Origin: Azotobacter chroococcum
GTDB taxonomy: Bacteria > Pseudomonadota > Gammaproteobacteria > Pseudomonadales > Pseudomonadaceae
Direction of reading: 5' to 3'
Assembly: GCF_004339665.1 (NCBI RefSeq)
Contig: NZ_SMMU01000012.1
Location: forward strand, 13,194-77,193
DNA length: 64,000 bases
Shown: positions 1 through 12,992 of the stretch, in pieces
Position numbering within the stretch: the first letter of the stretch is position 1
How the letters are laid out: each line of letters starts with the position of its first letter
Translations under genes and position numbers: made by a program
The notes under the pieces: generated by a model
What the model was told of the DNA's origin: nothing
The model's database searches: none
The model's input: only the letters and a program-made list of their open reading frames with translations

Positions 1-134
1 CGTGGCCCTCGGCCACGCGGACCCCGAGGCGCCGGAAAACGGCCTGGTCACCGAGCGGGTGCCGGTGACCGGATTCGCCGCCTTCCACGGCTTCGATGAG
101 TCGGCCAGCGGCTGAGCTCCGCCGGCGCCTCCAT

Positions 135-3008
<2,874 letters not shown>

Positions 3009-3107
3009 GGCGGCTCTCGGCTGAAAGGACGAAGCCCCGACGGGCGAGGCTTCGGGAGGGAATGGGCTCGGCTTGCGGCGCCCGCGGGCGCCGCAAGCGC
3101 CTGGCGA

Positions 3108-3497
3108 TCAGGCCTCGGCGCTGCAGGCGGCCTCGTAGCCGGCCGCATCGAGCAGCTTGTCCAGGTCGCCGGCGGCACTGGGCTTGAGCTTGAAGAACCA
3201 GCTGCCGTAGGGGTCGCTATTGACCAGCTCGGGGCTGTCGGTCAGGGCCTCGTTGACCGCGATCACCTCGCCGGCGATCGGCGCGTAGATGTCGGAGGCG
3301 GCCTTCACCGATTCCACCACCCCGGCTTCCTGTTCGGCGGCCAGCTGCTTGCCGACTTCCGGCAGCTCGACGAACACCACGTCGCCCAGGGCTTCCTGGG
3401 CGTGGTCGGAAATGCCCACGGTGACGGTGCCGTCCGCTTCCAGTCGGGCCCATTCGTGGCTGGCTGTGTAACGCAGATCGGCGGGGATATTGCTCAT
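3108..3497 (-). CDS. gcvH: glycine cleavage system H protein (lipoyl carrier)
   Basis: 129 aa, [49 protein letters not shown] (lipoyl-lysine motif region). GAGGA RBS. Confidence 0.95.
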   Translation of the reverse strand: MSNIPADLRYTASHEWARLEADGTVTVGISDHAQEALGDVVFVELPEVGKQLAAEQEAGVVESVKAASDIYAPIAGEVIAVNEALTDSPELVNSDPYGSWFFKLKPSAAGDLDKLLDAAGYEAACSAEA

Positions 3498-3542
3498 GTC
3501 GTGTCCTCGGGGTTGGGGGCGAAAGGGCTCGCCCGAAAAAAT

Positions 3543-4625
3543 CTAGATCAAGGCCTTGCCGTGACGGACGAAGTTCGGCCGGACGACGCGGACGGGCAGC
3601 CAGCGGCCGCGAATTTCCACCTCGGCGCGCTCGCCGGTGGCCGCCGGCACTCGGGCTAGGGCGATGGACTTGCCGAGCGTCGGCGAGAAGCTGCCGCTGG
3701 TGATCGCGCCCTCGCCGACGCCCTCCACCCGTACCACCTGGCCAGTACGCAGCACGCCGCGCTCCTCCAGCAGCAATCCCACCAGTTTAGGCTGGCCGCC
3801 GGCGCGGCGCTGTTCCTCCACCGCGGTGCGGCCGATGAAGTCGCGCCCGGCCGGGTCCCAGGCGATGGTCCAGCCCAGGTTCGCCGCCAGCGGCGAGACG
3901 TTCTCGTCCATGTCCTGGCCATGGAGGTTCAGCCCTGCCTCCAGGCGCAGGGTGTCGCGGGCGCCGAGGCCGCTGGGGGCGATGCCGGCGCCGACCAGAT
4001 CGCTGAAGAAGTCCGGCGCCTGCGCCACTGGCAGCATGATCTCCAGGCCGTCCTCGCCGGTGTAGCCGGTGCGGGCGACGAACCAGTCGCCCTCGGCCAG
4101 CCCCTCGAACGGGCGCAGTTCGTGGATCAGCGCGGCGCGCGGGGCGGAGACCAGTTCGCCGGTGCGCACCCGCGCCTGCGGCCCCTGGATGGCGAGCATG
4201 GCCAGGTCGCGGCGCTCGCGCAGCTCGACGGCATGTCCGGCAGATTGTTCCTTCATCCACGCCAGGTCGCGCAGGCGGCTGGCGGCGTTGAGCACCAGGC
4301 GGTAGCCGAAATCGGCGAGATAGACGATGAGGTCGTCGATCACCCCGCCGCGCTCGTTGAGCATGACGCTGTAGAGCGCCTTGCCGGGGGTCTCCAGGTG
4401 CGCCACGTCGTTGGCCAGCAGACGCTGCAGCCAGGCGCGGGCCTCCGGGCCATGGACATCCACCACGGTCATGTGAGAGACGTCGAAGACGCCGCAGTCG
4501 CGCCGGACCTGATGGTGCTCCTCGACCTGCGAGCCGTAGTGCAGGGGCATGTCCCAGCCGCCGAAATCGACGATCCTGGCGCCCAGGGCAAGGTGCTGCT
4601 CATAGAGGGGCGTGCGCTGTCCCAT
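3543..4625 (-). CDS. gcvT: aminomethyltransferase, glycine cleavage system T protein
   Basis: The ORF track extends to 4745. The conserved N-terminus [32 protein letters not shown] starts at the ATG at 4625 with a GGAGAA RBS, giving 360 aa. Confidence 0.9.
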   Translation of the reverse strand: MGQRTPLYEQHLALGARIVDFGGWDMPLHYGSQVEEHHQVRRDCGVFDVSHMTVVDVHGPEARAWLQRLLANDVAHLETPGKALYSVMLNERGGVIDDLIVYLADFGYRLVLNAASRLRDLAWMKEQSAGHAVELRERRDLAMLAIQGPQARVRTGELVSAPRAALIHELRPFEGLAEGDWFVARTGYTGEDGLEIMLPVAQAPDFFSDLVGAGIAPSGLGARDTLRLEAGLNLHGQDMDENVSPLAANLGWTIAWDPAGRDFIGRTAVEEQRRAGGQPKLVGLLLEERGVLRTGQVVRVEGVGEGAITSGSFSPTLGKSIALARVPAATGERAEVEIRGRWLPVRVVRPNFVRHGKALI

Positions 4626-4788
4626 GATGGTTCTCCTTCCGTGCCTGGCGCGTCGCCACGCGAAAGACCTGCGAGACAGGCCTGGCAAGGCCGCCGGCAG
4701 GCCGCGAATGGCGCGCATTGTAGCCGCAAGGCCGGGTCCGGTCACGGCGCTGGCAAGGTGGGGGCCGGACGCCGCCGGCCCTGGCGGC

Positions 4789-6405
4789 TCAGCCCGGCTG
4801 GCGTGCCGAACGGCGGATCAGGCCGATCACCGGCAGCAGGCCGACCAGCACCAGGGTCAGCGCCGGCAGCGCGGCGCGGGCCCACTCGCCCTCGCTGGTC
4901 ATCTCGAAGATGCGTACCGCCAGGGTGTCCCAGCCGAACGGGCGCATCAGCAGGGTCGCCGGCATTTCCTTGAGCACGTCGACGAACACCAGCAGCGCGG
5001 CGCTCAGGGTGCCGGGCAGCAGCAGCGGCAGGTAGAGCCGCGAGAACAGCTGCGGCCCGCCGACCCCCAGGCTGCGCGCGGCCTCTGGCAGCGACGGGCG
5101 GATCCGCGCCAGGCTGCTTTCCAGGGGGCCGAAGGCCACCGCCAGGAAGCGCACCAGATAGGCCAGCAGCAGGGCTGCCAAGCTGCCCAGCAGCAGCGGC
5201 TTGCCGGCGCCGCCAAACCACTCGGACAGCGGGATCACCAGCTCGCGGTCGAGATAGCTGAAGGCGAGCATGATGGACACCGCCAGCACCGAGCCCGGCA
5301 GCGCGTAGCCCAGATTGGCCAGGCCGACCGCCGCGCCCATGGTGCGTCCCGGCACCAGGCGTCGGGCGAAGGCCAGCAGCATGGCGCAGGCGACGGTGAT
5401 CAGCGCGGCGCAGCCGCCCAGCCAGAGGGTGTGCAGGATCAGCCCGGCATAGCGCTCGTCGAGGTCGAAGCGGCCGCGCTGCCAATACCACGCCAGCAGC
5501 TGCAGGAGCGGCACGACGAAGGCGCAGAGGAATACCAGCCCGCACCAGGTGCTGGCCGCCGCGGCCTTGAAGCCGCGCAGCCGGTACAGCGCCCGGCCGC
5601 GCGGGCGCTCGGTGCTCGGCCGCGGCACGCCGCGGGCGCGGCGCTCGCCGTAGACCACCAGCATCACCGCCAGCAGCAGCAGGCTGGCCAGCTGGGTGGC
5701 GCTGGACAGGCTGTAGAAGCCGTACCAGGTCTTGTAGATGGCGGTGGTGAAGGTGTCGTAGTTGAACACCGAGACGGCGCCGAAGTCGGCCAGGGTCTCC
5801 ATCATCGCCAGCGCCAGGCCGGCGCCGATCGCCGGCCGCGCCATCGGCAGCGCCACGCGCCAGAAGGCCTGCCAGGGCGACTGGCCGAGGGCCCGCGCGG
5901 CCTCCATCAGGCCCTTGCCCTGGGCCAGGAAGGCACTGCGCGCGAGCAGATAGACGTAGGGGTAGAACACCAGCACCAGGACCAGGATCACCCCGCCGGT
6001 GGAGCGCACCCGCGGCAGCCGCAGGCCACTGCCGAACCACTCGCGCAGGAGGGTCTGCACCGGGCCGGAAAAGTCCAGCAGGCCGACGAAGACGAAGGCC
6101 AGCACGTAGGCGGGAATCGCGAAGGGCAGCATCAGCGCCCAGTCCAGCCAGCGCCGGCCGGGAAACTCGCAGAGGCTGGTCAGCCAGGCCAGGCTCACCC
6201 CGAGCAGGGTGACGCCGGCACTGACGCCCAGCAGCAGGGTCAGGGTGTTGCTGAGCAGACGCGGCATCTGGGTATCCCACAGATGCCTCCAGATTTCGCC
6301 GTCCACGCTGTGCCAGGAGAGCGCCAGCACGCTGAGGGGCAGCAGCACCAGGGAGGCGATGGCAAAGACGATGGGATACCAGCGGCGCTGGGCGGAATGG
6401 GTCAC
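4789..6405 (-). CDS. Fe(3+) ABC transporter permease, two-domain FbpB/HitB-like
   Basis: 538-aa polytopic membrane protein with duplicated ABC permease domains. GTG start with GGGGAG RBS. Lies downstream of the substrate-binding protein gene. Confidence 0.85.
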   Translation of the reverse strand: MTHSAQRRWYPIVFAIASLVLLPLSVLALSWHSVDGEIWRHLWDTQMPRLLSNTLTLLLGVSAGVTLLGVSLAWLTSLCEFPGRRWLDWALMLPFAIPAYVLAFVFVGLLDFSGPVQTLLREWFGSGLRLPRVRSTGGVILVLVLVFYPYVYLLARSAFLAQGKGLMEAARALGQSPWQAFWRVALPMARPAIGAGLALAMMETLADFGAVSVFNYDTFTTAIYKTWYGFYSLSSATQLASLLLLAVMLVVYGERRARGVPRPSTERPRGRALYRLRGFKAAAASTWCGLVFLCAFVVPLLQLLAWYWQRGRFDLDERYAGLILHTLWLGGCAALITVACAMLLAFARRLVPGRTMGAAVGLANLGYALPGSVLAVSIMLAFSYLDRELVIPLSEWFGGAGKPLLLGSLAALLLAYLVRFLAVAFGPLESSLARIRPSLPEAARSLGVGGPQLFSRLYLPLLLPGTLSAALLVFVDVLKEMPATLLMRPFGWDTLAVRIFEMTSEGEWARAALPALTLVLVGLLPVIGLIRRSARQPG

Positions 6406-6421
6406 GACAGCTCCCCGATAC

Positions 6422-6465
6422 GAAAAACGAATCGGGCTGCAGGCGGAGCGCTCCGCCTGCAGCCC
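6422..6465 (-). terminator. intercistronic perfect 16-bp-stem hairpin (GGGCTGCAGGCGGAGC/GCTCCGCCTGCAGCCC) followed by a T5 run on the minus-strand transcript; likely partial terminator or mRNA stabiliser between the binding-protein and permease genes
   Basis: Perfect 32-nt palindrome at 6434-6465. On the minus strand it is followed by GATTCGTTTTTCG. Confidence 0.45.
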
Positions 6466-6489
6466 GGGTTGGCAGCCTCGGCGGGCGCC

Positions 6490-7491
6490 TCAGTTCCAGC
6501 CGGCGCGATCCATCAGGCGGATCGCCTCGGCCTGGCGCTTGCCGGCGACCTCGACCGGCACGCTGTCGGCCTTGAAGCTGCCCCAGGCGGCGACTTCCGC
6601 GGACGGTGCCACCTGCGGATTGGCGGGGTATTCCTGGTTGATGTCGGCCAGCAGGCGCTGGGCCTTGTCGCCGGTCATCCACTCCAGCAGCTTCTGCGCG
6701 GCCTGCGGATGCGGGGCGTGCTTGGTCACCCCGGCGCCGGAGAGGTTGACGTGCACGCCGCGATCGGCCTGGTTCGGCCAGAAGGGCTTCACCTTCAAAC
6801 CGGGGTTCTGCTTGTGCAGGCGACCGTAGTAGTAGGTGTTGGCCATGCCCACGTCACACTGGCCGGCGTCGATGGCCTGCAGCAGGGCGGTGTCGTCGGC
6901 GAACACGTCGGTGGCCAGGTTGTTCACCCAGCCCTTGACGATCTGTTCGGCCTGCTTCTCGCCGTGGGCCTCGATCAGGGTGGCGGTCAGCGACTGGTTG
7001 TAGACCTTCTTGCTGGTGCGCAGGCACAGACGGCCTTCCCAGTTCTCGTCGGCCAAGGCCTCGTAGGTGGAAAGCTCCTCCGGCTTGACCCGCTCGGTGG
7101 AGTAGAAGATGGTCCGCGCACGCAGCGACAGGCCGCTCCAGGTACTGCTGGCAGAGCGGTATTGCGGCGGGATGTTGGCCTTGATCGTCGCCGAATCCAG
7201 CGGACGCAGCACGCCTTCCTGCTCGGCCTGCCAGAGGTTGCCGGCGTCCACGGTGATCAGCAGGTCGGCCGGGGTGTTCTTCCCTTCGGCCTTGAGACGG
7301 GCCAGCAGCGGGGCCTCCTTGTCGGTGATGAACTTCACCTTGACCCCGGTTTCGGCGGTATAGGCATCGAAGACCGGCTTGATCAACTCGTCGATCCGCG
7401 ACGAATAGACCACGACCTCGTCGGCCGCCAGGGCGGTGCCGGAGAGCGCGCCCAAGGCCAGGACGGCGAGAATGTGCTTGCTTGCCTGCAT
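6490..7491 (-). CDS. Fe(3+) ABC transporter substrate-binding protein (FbpA/HitA family)
   Basis: [22 protein letters not shown] signal peptide followed by a periplasmic iron-binding protein fold. GAGGTGGG RBS before the ATG at 7491. Confidence 0.85.
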   Translation of the reverse strand: MQASKHILAVLALGALSGTALAADEVVVYSSRIDELIKPVFDAYTAETGVKVKFITDKEAPLLARLKAEGKNTPADLLITVDAGNLWQAEQEGVLRPLDSATIKANIPPQYRSASSTWSGLSLRARTIFYSTERVKPEELSTYEALADENWEGRLCLRTSKKVYNQSLTATLIEAHGEKQAEQIVKGWVNNLATDVFADDTALLQAIDAGQCDVGMANTYYYGRLHKQNPGLKVKPFWPNQADRGVHVNLSGAGVTKHAPHPQAAQKLLEWMTGDKAQRLLADINQEYPANPQVAPSAEVAAWGSFKADSVPVEVAGKRQAEAIRLMDRAGWN

Positions 7492-7504
7492 GGAACCCAC
7501 CTCA

Positions 7505-7560
7505 TGTGAATTAAGTGCGGCGAATAATAGTGACTAGCATTTAGCTTCACAACTCGCCAT
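7505..7560 (-). promoter_or_regulatory. AT-rich promoter region of the iron ABC operon with a weak Fur-box-like element (GAATAATAGTGACTAGCATT)
   Basis: Locally AT-rich stretch in a GC-rich genome, immediately upstream of the binding-protein gene. The hexamer AATAAT fits the Fur nATWAT repeat; the remainder is degenerate. Confidence 0.3.
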
Positions 7561-7599
7561 ATGTCGCGCGGTATATCGCCAACAGGGTGGGTTCGGCTT

Positions 7600-8817
7600 T
7601 CAGGCCCGCGCCAATTCGGGCAGGTCGCCGCTCAGTCCGAGGGCCTGGCGGACGAACAGCGCCTTGCCCCCGGGCAGCTCGTCCATCCACTTCAGGCCGG
7701 CGTTGCGCAGCCAGCGCAGCGGCAGCGGATCGGCCTGGAACAGCCGCTCGAAGCCCTCCATCGCCGCCATCATCGCCAGGTTGTGGGGCATCCGCCGGCG
7801 CTCGAAACGGCTCAGCACGCGCAGCTCGGCCAGCCGTTCGCCCCGCCCGCGGGCATGCAGCAGCACCTCGGCCAGGGTGGCGGCATCGAGAAATCCCAGG
7901 TTGACGCCCTGCCCCGCCAGCGGGTGGATGACGTGGGCGGCATCGCCGATCAGCGCCAGGCCGGGTTCGACATAGCGCCGGGCATGCCGCTGGCGCAGCG
8001 GGATGCAGTGGCGCGGATCGACCTCCAGCACCGCACCGAGCCGCCACTCGAAGGCGGCGCCCAGCGCCGCGGCGAAGGCCGCATCGTCCAGCGCCATCAG
8101 CCGCTCGGCCTGCTCCGCAGTGGTCGACCAGACGATCGAGCACCAGTGGCGGTCGCCATCCCGCTCCAGCGGCAGGAAAGCCAGCGGACCGTCGTCGGTG
8201 AAGCGCTGCCAGGCGGTACGGCGGTGCGCCTCGGCGCAGCGCACGCTGGTGACGATGGCATGGTGCAGGTAATCCCACTCGCGGGTGGTGCAGCCGGCCA
8301 GACGGCGGATCGTCGAGTTGGCGCCGTCGGCGGCGACCAGCAGCGGCGCGCGCAGCTGACGGCCGTCGCCGAGGCTGACCAGCCAGCCGTCGCCGGAGCG
8401 GCGCAGGCCGTCCAGGCGCACCGCGGGCAGCAGGCCGATGCCGCTGCCTGCCAGGCGCTCGAGCAGGGCGTCCTGCACCACGCGGTTCTCGACGATGTGG
8501 CCGAGCACCTCGGCATGCACGCTGGCCGCGGCGAAGCGGATCTGCCCGGTGCCGGAGCCGTCCCACACCTGCATCTCGCCGTAGGGGGCGGCGCGCCGGG
8601 CGCGGATGCCGTCCCAGGCGCCGAGGCGCTCGAGGATGCGCTGGCTGGCGGCGGACAACGCGCTGACCCGCGGCTCGAAGGGCGCCTCAGGGCTCCAGGG
8701 GGCCGCCTCGAGCGGCCCGCGGTCGAGCAGGAGGATATCCAGGCCGCTGTCCTGCAGGGCCAGTGCCAGGGTGCTGCCGACCATTCCGGCGCCGACGATG
8801 ATCAGATCCGCGTGCAT
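7600..8817 (-). CDS. ubiI: FAD-dependent 2-octaprenylphenol hydroxylase (UbiI/VisC family ubiquinone biosynthesis monooxygenase)
   Basis: MHADLIIVGAGMVGSTLALAL... GxGxxG FAD-binding N-terminus, ~405 aa. Sits downstream of ubiH as in E. coli/Pseudomonas ygfB-pepP-ubiH-visC. The ORF track's upstream extension to 9864 is spurious. Confidence 0.85.
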   Translation of the reverse strand: MHADLIIVGAGMVGSTLALALQDSGLDILLLDRGPLEAAPWSPEAPFEPRVSALSAASQRILERLGAWDGIRARRAAPYGEMQVWDGSGTGQIRFAAASVHAEVLGHIVENRVVQDALLERLAGSGIGLLPAVRLDGLRRSGDGWLVSLGDGRQLRAPLLVAADGANSTIRRLAGCTTREWDYLHHAIVTSVRCAEAHRRTAWQRFTDDGPLAFLPLERDGDRHWCSIVWSTTAEQAERLMALDDAAFAAALGAAFEWRLGAVLEVDPRHCIPLRQRHARRYVEPGLALIGDAAHVIHPLAGQGVNLGFLDAATLAEVLLHARGRGERLAELRVLSRFERRRMPHNLAMMAAMEGFERLFQADPLPLRWLRNAGLKWMDELPGGKALFVRQALGLSGDLPELARA

Positions 8818-8882
8818 GCTTTCCTCAACTCGCAAGGGGCGTCCTGCCACGCCCGCCGTTCTTCGATGATCGCGCGTCAGGC

Positions 8883-10070
8883 TCAGACCTGCGCACGGGT
8901 GCCGAGCCCCATGGCCTGGCGGGCGAACCAGCGCTTGGCCGGCGGCAGCAGGTCGAGGCCGAGCAGGCCGAGACTGCGCCCGCCGGCGAGTAGCGGCGTG
9001 GCCATGCCGAACAGCCGGGTGAGCCGGTCGGAGAAGCCCACGGTCAACTGCTGGTCGAGGCGCTGGCGGGCCTGGTAGCGCAGCAGGGTGGCGAAGTCGC
9101 CGGGCTCGGCCGGACTGTCCAGCAGTTCCTCGGCCAGGCACAGGGTATCGCGCAGGGACAGGTTGTAGCCCTGGCCGGCGATCGGGTGCAGGCTGTGGGC
9201 GGCATTGCCGAGCAGGGCCAGATGCGGGCGCACCTGCTCCTCGGCCTCGACCAGCGCCAGCGCATAGAGATGGCGGCCCCCCAACTGGCGGAAGGCGCCG
9301 AGGCGATAGCCGAACTGTTGCTGCAGCTCGGCGAGGAACTGCCGCTCGTCGAGCGCCAGCAACCGTCCGGCGTCGCCCGTCGGACGAGTCCAGACCAGCG
9401 CGCAGCGATTGTCCGCCAGCGGCAGCAGGGCCAGCGGGCCGTCCTGGGTGAAGCGCTCGAAGGCCTGGCCGCGATGCGGCTCGCCGGGCGTGAGGTTGGC
9501 GATCAGCGCAGTCTGCCCGTAGGGCTGCTGGCGCACATGGATGCCGAGCTGCTCGCGCAGATCGGAGCGGCCACCGTCGGCGAGCACTGCCAGGGCGCAG
9601 TCGAGGTGGCTGTCGTCGTCCAGCTGCAGCCGGTAGCCATCGCGCAGCGGGGTCATGCGCAGCACTTCGGCCGGGCAGCGCCAGGTGACCACTTCGGGAT
9701 CCAGCGCCTGCCACAGGCACTCGCCGAGCCAGGCGTTCTCCACCACATAGCCGAGGGCCGGCACGCCCTCCTCCGCCGCCTGCAGGCGCGCGGCGCCGAA
9801 ACGGCCACGCTCGGAGACGTGGATCTGCAGGATCGGCTCGGCCCGGCGGGCGATCGCCGGCCACAGGCCCAGGCGCTCGTAGATCTGCCGGGTGCCGAAG
9901 GACAGCGCCGAGGAGCGCGCGTCGTAGCTCGGCTGATAGGGTTCGCCGGGCGCGTGCGGCTCGATCAGCACGATCCGCCAGCCGCGCGCCTTGGCGCCCT
10001 CCTGCAGGGCCAGGGCCAGACTCGCACCGACCAGGCCGCCGCCGACGATCGCCAGTTCCACCCGGGTCAT
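8883..10070 (-). CDS. ubiH: 2-octaprenyl-6-methoxyphenol hydroxylase
   Basis: MTRVELAIVGGGLVGASLALALQEG..., ~395 aa FAD monooxygenase. Its start abuts the pepP stop. Confidence 0.85.
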   Translation of the reverse strand: MTRVELAIVGGGLVGASLALALQEGAKARGWRIVLIEPHAPGEPYQPSYDARSSALSFGTRQIYERLGLWPAIARRAEPILQIHVSERGRFGAARLQAAEEGVPALGYVVENAWLGECLWQALDPEVVTWRCPAEVLRMTPLRDGYRLQLDDDSHLDCALAVLADGGRSDLREQLGIHVRQQPYGQTALIANLTPGEPHRGQAFERFTQDGPLALLPLADNRCALVWTRPTGDAGRLLALDERQFLAELQQQFGYRLGAFRQLGGRHLYALALVEAEEQVRPHLALLGNAAHSLHPIAGQGYNLSLRDTLCLAEELLDSPAEPGDFATLLRYQARQRLDQQLTVGFSDRLTRLFGMATPLLAGGRSLGLLGLDLLPPAKRWFARQAMGLGTRAQV

Positions 10071-10072
10071 GT

Positions 10073-11407
10073 TCAGGCCACCCGGCCGCGAGCCGCGGCC
10101 ATCAGTGCCTCGATCTCGGCGACGCCCTTGGGCACGCCGCCGGTGAGGATCTCGCAGCCCCCTTCGGTGACCACCACGTCGTCCTCGATGCGCACGCCGA
10201 TACCACGCCACTTGCGCTCGACCTTGTCGTTGTCGGCGGCGATGTAGATGCCCGGCTCGACGGTCATCGCCATGCCCGGCTCGAGCACGCGCCACTGGCC
10301 GTCGATCTTGTAGTCGCCGACATCGTGCACGTCCATGCCCAGCCAGTGGCCGGCACGGTGCATGTAGAAGGGCTTGTAGGCCTCCTGCTTGATCAACTCG
10401 TCGACATCGCCGGCAAGCAGTCCCAGCTCCACCAGTCCGGCAACGATCACCCGCACCGTGGCCTCGTGGGCCTCGTTCCAGTGGCGGCCGGGCGCGATGT
10501 GCCTGAACGCCTCCAGATTGGCGGCCAGCACCAGCTCGTAGATCGCCTTCTGCTCGGGCGAGAAGGTGCCGTTGACCGGGAAGGTGCGGGTGATGTCGCT
10601 GGCGTAGCAGTCGATCTCGCAGCCGGCGTCGATCAGCACCAGATCACCGTCGCGCAGCGGCATGTTGTTCTCGGTGTAGTGCAGGATGCAGGCATTGCGA
10701 CCGCCGGCGACGATCGAGCCATAGGCCGGCATCCGCGCCCCACCCTTGCGGAACTCGTACTCCAGCTCGGCCTCCAGCTGGTACTCATGGAGCCCCGGGC
10801 GGCTGGCCTGCATGGCGCGCACGTGGGCGCGGGCGGAGATGGCCGCGGCCTCGCGCATCACCGCCACTTCGGCGGCGCTCTTGTACAGGCGCATGTCGTG
10901 CAGCAGATGGTCGAGGGCGACGAACTCGCTCGGCGGCTGCGCGCCCTGGCGGGCCTTGGAGCGGATGGTCTTGATCCACTCCATCAGCCGGTGGTCGAAC
11001 GCCTCGTTGCTGCCGATGGCGTAGTAGACCCGGCCGCGCCCCTCGATCAGACCGGGCAGGATGTCGTCGATGTCGGCAATGGGGAAAGCATCATCCGCGC
11101 CGTAGTCGCGGACCGCCCCCTCCTGGCCGGCGCGCAGGCCGTCCCAGAGTTCGCGCTCGGGATCGCGCTCGCGGCAGAAGAGCACGTATTCGCCATGTTC
11201 GCGGCCGGGAATCAGGGCGATCACCGCCTCCGGCTCGGGGAAACCCGAGAGATACTGGAAGTCGCTGTCCTGACGGTACTGGTGCTCCACATCGCGATTG
11301 CGGATATACACCGGCGCCGCCGGCAGGATGGCGATGCTGTTGGGCTCCATCTGTGCCATCAGCGCCTTGCGCCGGCGGGCGTATTCCGGCTTCGGGATGC
11401 AGGTCAT
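10073..11407 (-). CDS. pepP: Xaa-Pro aminopeptidase (aminopeptidase P)
   Basis: MTCIPKPEYARRRKALMAQMEPNSIAILPAAPVYIRNRDVEHQYRQDSDFQYLSGFPEPEAV... M24B family with metal-ligand motifs (HGxGHxLGxDVHD). The ORF track's N-terminal extension is discarded. Confidence 0.9.
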   Translation of the reverse strand: MTCIPKPEYARRRKALMAQMEPNSIAILPAAPVYIRNRDVEHQYRQDSDFQYLSGFPEPEAVIALIPGREHGEYVLFCRERDPERELWDGLRAGQEGAVRDYGADDAFPIADIDDILPGLIEGRGRVYYAIGSNEAFDHRLMEWIKTIRSKARQGAQPPSEFVALDHLLHDMRLYKSAAEVAVMREAAAISARAHVRAMQASRPGLHEYQLEAELEYEFRKGGARMPAYGSIVAGGRNACILHYTENNMPLRDGDLVLIDAGCEIDCYASDITRTFPVNGTFSPEQKAIYELVLAANLEAFRHIAPGRHWNEAHEATVRVIVAGLVELGLLAGDVDELIKQEAYKPFYMHRAGHWLGMDVHDVGDYKIDGQWRVLEPGMAMTVEPGIYIAADNDKVERKWRGIGVRIEDDVVVTEGGCEILTGGVPKGVAEIEALMAAARGRVA

Positions 11408-11445
11408 GTACAGCTCCTCGGTTGACTGGCAAAAGCGTCGGCGCT

Positions 11446-12000
11446 TCAGTGCACGGACGGCTTGGGCGCCGGCGCAACCGGCCCGGCGCACTCGGCGAAC
11501 AGCAGGAGCGGCGCAACCCGGAGGTATTCCATGACCTCCATGTAGGCACCCTCGCCCTCCTCGGACTCCTCCAGCGAATTCTGCACCTGGGCGATGGCGG
11601 CGAGATCCTGCAGCACTTCCATGGCCTCCGCGCTCAACGGCTTGTCGCGGGCAGTCAGGCCGAAACCGCCGAGAAAGCCCTGGCACCACTGCCCCAGGGC
11701 GGTAGCGCGCTCGGCCAGCGGCGCCTCGTCGGAAGGCAGCAGCAGGACCACGGCGACCTCGCCGCCAGCCAGTTCGCCCTTGACCATCTCCTGCAGGCCG
11801 ACCAGCGCCTGGCGCACGTTGTCCGGAGTCTGGCTGCCGAGCAGATCGGCGGCATCGGTCAGCCAGGCGTCGGCCTCGAAACCGGCGCCGGCGCAGCTGC
11901 GACCGAGCAGCAGGCCATGCAGCTCCGCCGGGGACACTTCCCGGCCGGTCGAGGCCAGCAGGGCGGAGAAAGCCGCATAGGGGGATTTATCGGTGGACAT
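11446..12000 (-). CDS. ygfB: UPF0149/YgfB family protein
   Basis: 184 aa, [17 protein letters not shown]... At the conserved position upstream of pepP. Confidence 0.8.
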   Translation of the reverse strand: MSTDKSPYAAFSALLASTGREVSPAELHGLLLGRSCAGAGFEADAWLTDAADLLGSQTPDNVRQALVGLQEMVKGELAGGEVAVVLLLPSDEAPLAERATALGQWCQGFLGGFGLTARDKPLSAEAMEVLQDLAAIAQVQNSLEESEEGEGAYMEVMEYLRVAPLLLFAECAGPVAPAPKPSVH

Positions 12001-12185
12001 ATCGGACTCGCCTTCTCCGCTCGCCCGGTCTGCCGCGCCTTGCGAAAGCGCCGGCAGCTATAGGCGCCACGGGGAGCAAATGACTAGAATGTGGTCGCGT
12101 ATCCTAGCACCGGCGGATGCACCAAGACCATCGAAGCGCGCCGCCGGGGTCTTGAGCCCCGTTCATTCGCAAAGAAAGAGGCGCC

Positions 12186-12395
12186 ATGGAAGACGACGAC
12201 CTGCAAGCCCTCACCCGTCAGCTGGAGCTGCTGATCCAGCGCCTCGAGCAGATCAAGGCCCATAACCGGTTCCTCCTGGCGAATGAAAAGGCCTGGCGAG
12301 AGGAACGCGCCCACCTCATCGAAAAGAACGAAATCGCCAGGCACAAGGTCGAATCGATGATTTCACGTCTGAAAGCCCTGGAGCAGGACTCATGA
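12186..12395 (+). CDS. small coiled-coil protein (TIGR02449-like, ZapB-like), translationally coupled to zapA
   Basis: 69 aa, heptad-rich: MEDDDLQALTRQLELLIQRLEQIKAHNRFLLANEKAWREERAHLIEKNEIARHKVESMISRLKALEQDS. Its stop overlaps the zapA start (ATGA). Confidence 0.6.
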   Translation: MEDDDLQALTRQLELLIQRLEQIKAHNRFLLANEKAWREERAHLIEKNEIARHKVESMISRLKALEQDS

Positions 12396-12706
12396 GCCAG
12401 CCGCACACCATTACCGTCCACATTCTCGACAAGGACTACTGCATTGCCTGCCCACCGGAAGAACGGGCCAATCTGGAAAGCGCCGCCCGTTACTTGGATG
12501 GGAAAATGCGGGAAATCCGCTCGAGCGGCAAGGTTATCGGCGCCGACCGCGTCGCGGTGATGGCTGCCCTCAACATCACCCACGATCTGCTGCACAAGCA
12601 GGAGCGTTTGGACCTGCAGGCCAGCTCGACCCGCGAGCAGGTCCGCACCCTGCTGGAGCGGGTCGACCGCGCCCTGACCAACAATCCGGATGAGCTGACG
12701 ACTTGA
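12392..12706 (+). CDS. zapA: cell division protein ZapA
   Basis: 104 aa, MSQPHTITVHILDKDYCIACPPEERANLESAARYLDGKMREIR... typical ZapA. Conserved zapA-ssrS-ygfA arrangement. Confidence 0.9.
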   Translation: MSQPHTITVHILDKDYCIACPPEERANLESAARYLDGKMREIRSSGKVIGADRVAVMAALNITHDLLHKQERLDLQASSTREQVRTLLERVDRALTNNPDELTT

Positions 12707-12736
12707 GTTCGGTTGGATTCGGGTATACTGGCGATC

Positions 12737-12916
12737 ACTCCCTGGTGTGTACGCCAGTCGGCCACGTCCCTCTCCCGATACGCAAAACTTTGGAGGCTGT
12801 ACGTGTGACCCGTGTGCATGTCCGCCTGACGGAAAGCCTTAAAGTCATCGTCAGTCGCCACCTTGAACTTTCGGGTTCAAGGGTCAAGCCGGCAGCGGCA
12901 CTTCGGGGAGCCCACT
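12737..12916 (+). ncRNA. ssrS: 6S RNA (SsrS), a sigma70-RNA polymerase-binding regulatory RNA
   Basis: The segment GAAAGCCTTAAAGTCATCGTCAGTCGCCACCTTGAACTTTCGGGTTCAAGGGTCAAGCCGGCAGCGGCACTTCGGGGAGCCC aligns closely with the E. coli 6S 3' half (GAGAAGCCUUAAAACUGCGACGACACAUUCACCUUGAACCAAGGGUUCAAGGGUUACAGCCUGCGGCGGCAUCUCGGAGAUUCCC). TTGAGT-15-TATACT promoter at 12703-12729. Located between zapA and ygfA as in E. coli. Ends are approximate (+/-10 nt). Confidence 0.8.
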
Positions 12917-12992
12917 TTCTGCGCCTGCCACGCCGCAGCAGCGAATCTCGCCGGATCGCCGTCTCCCCATTATCGACACGCATTCATTCGGC

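Noticed and set aside
3498-3542. Hairpin GGGCG-aaagggct-CGCCC between gcvT and gcvH as a terminator
   Set aside because: On the transcribed (minus) strand the T-run precedes rather than follows the stem. More likely an intercistronic structure than a terminator.
4626-4788. Possible glycine riboswitch upstream of gcvT
   Set aside because: The reverse-complemented leader lacks the conserved GGAGAG…CGAAGG…CUCAGGCAAAAG aptamer elements. Gamma-proteobacterial gcvTHP is normally controlled by GcvA/GcvR instead.
7600-9864. 754-aa version of the ubiI ORF, and extended versions of pepP (538 aa), trxA (178 aa), hemB (412/418 aa), hemD (318 aa), hemC (342 aa) and algR (488 aa)
   Set aside because: The conserved protein N-termini with proper RBSs start well downstream. 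The extensions read through upstream genes in a shifted frame.
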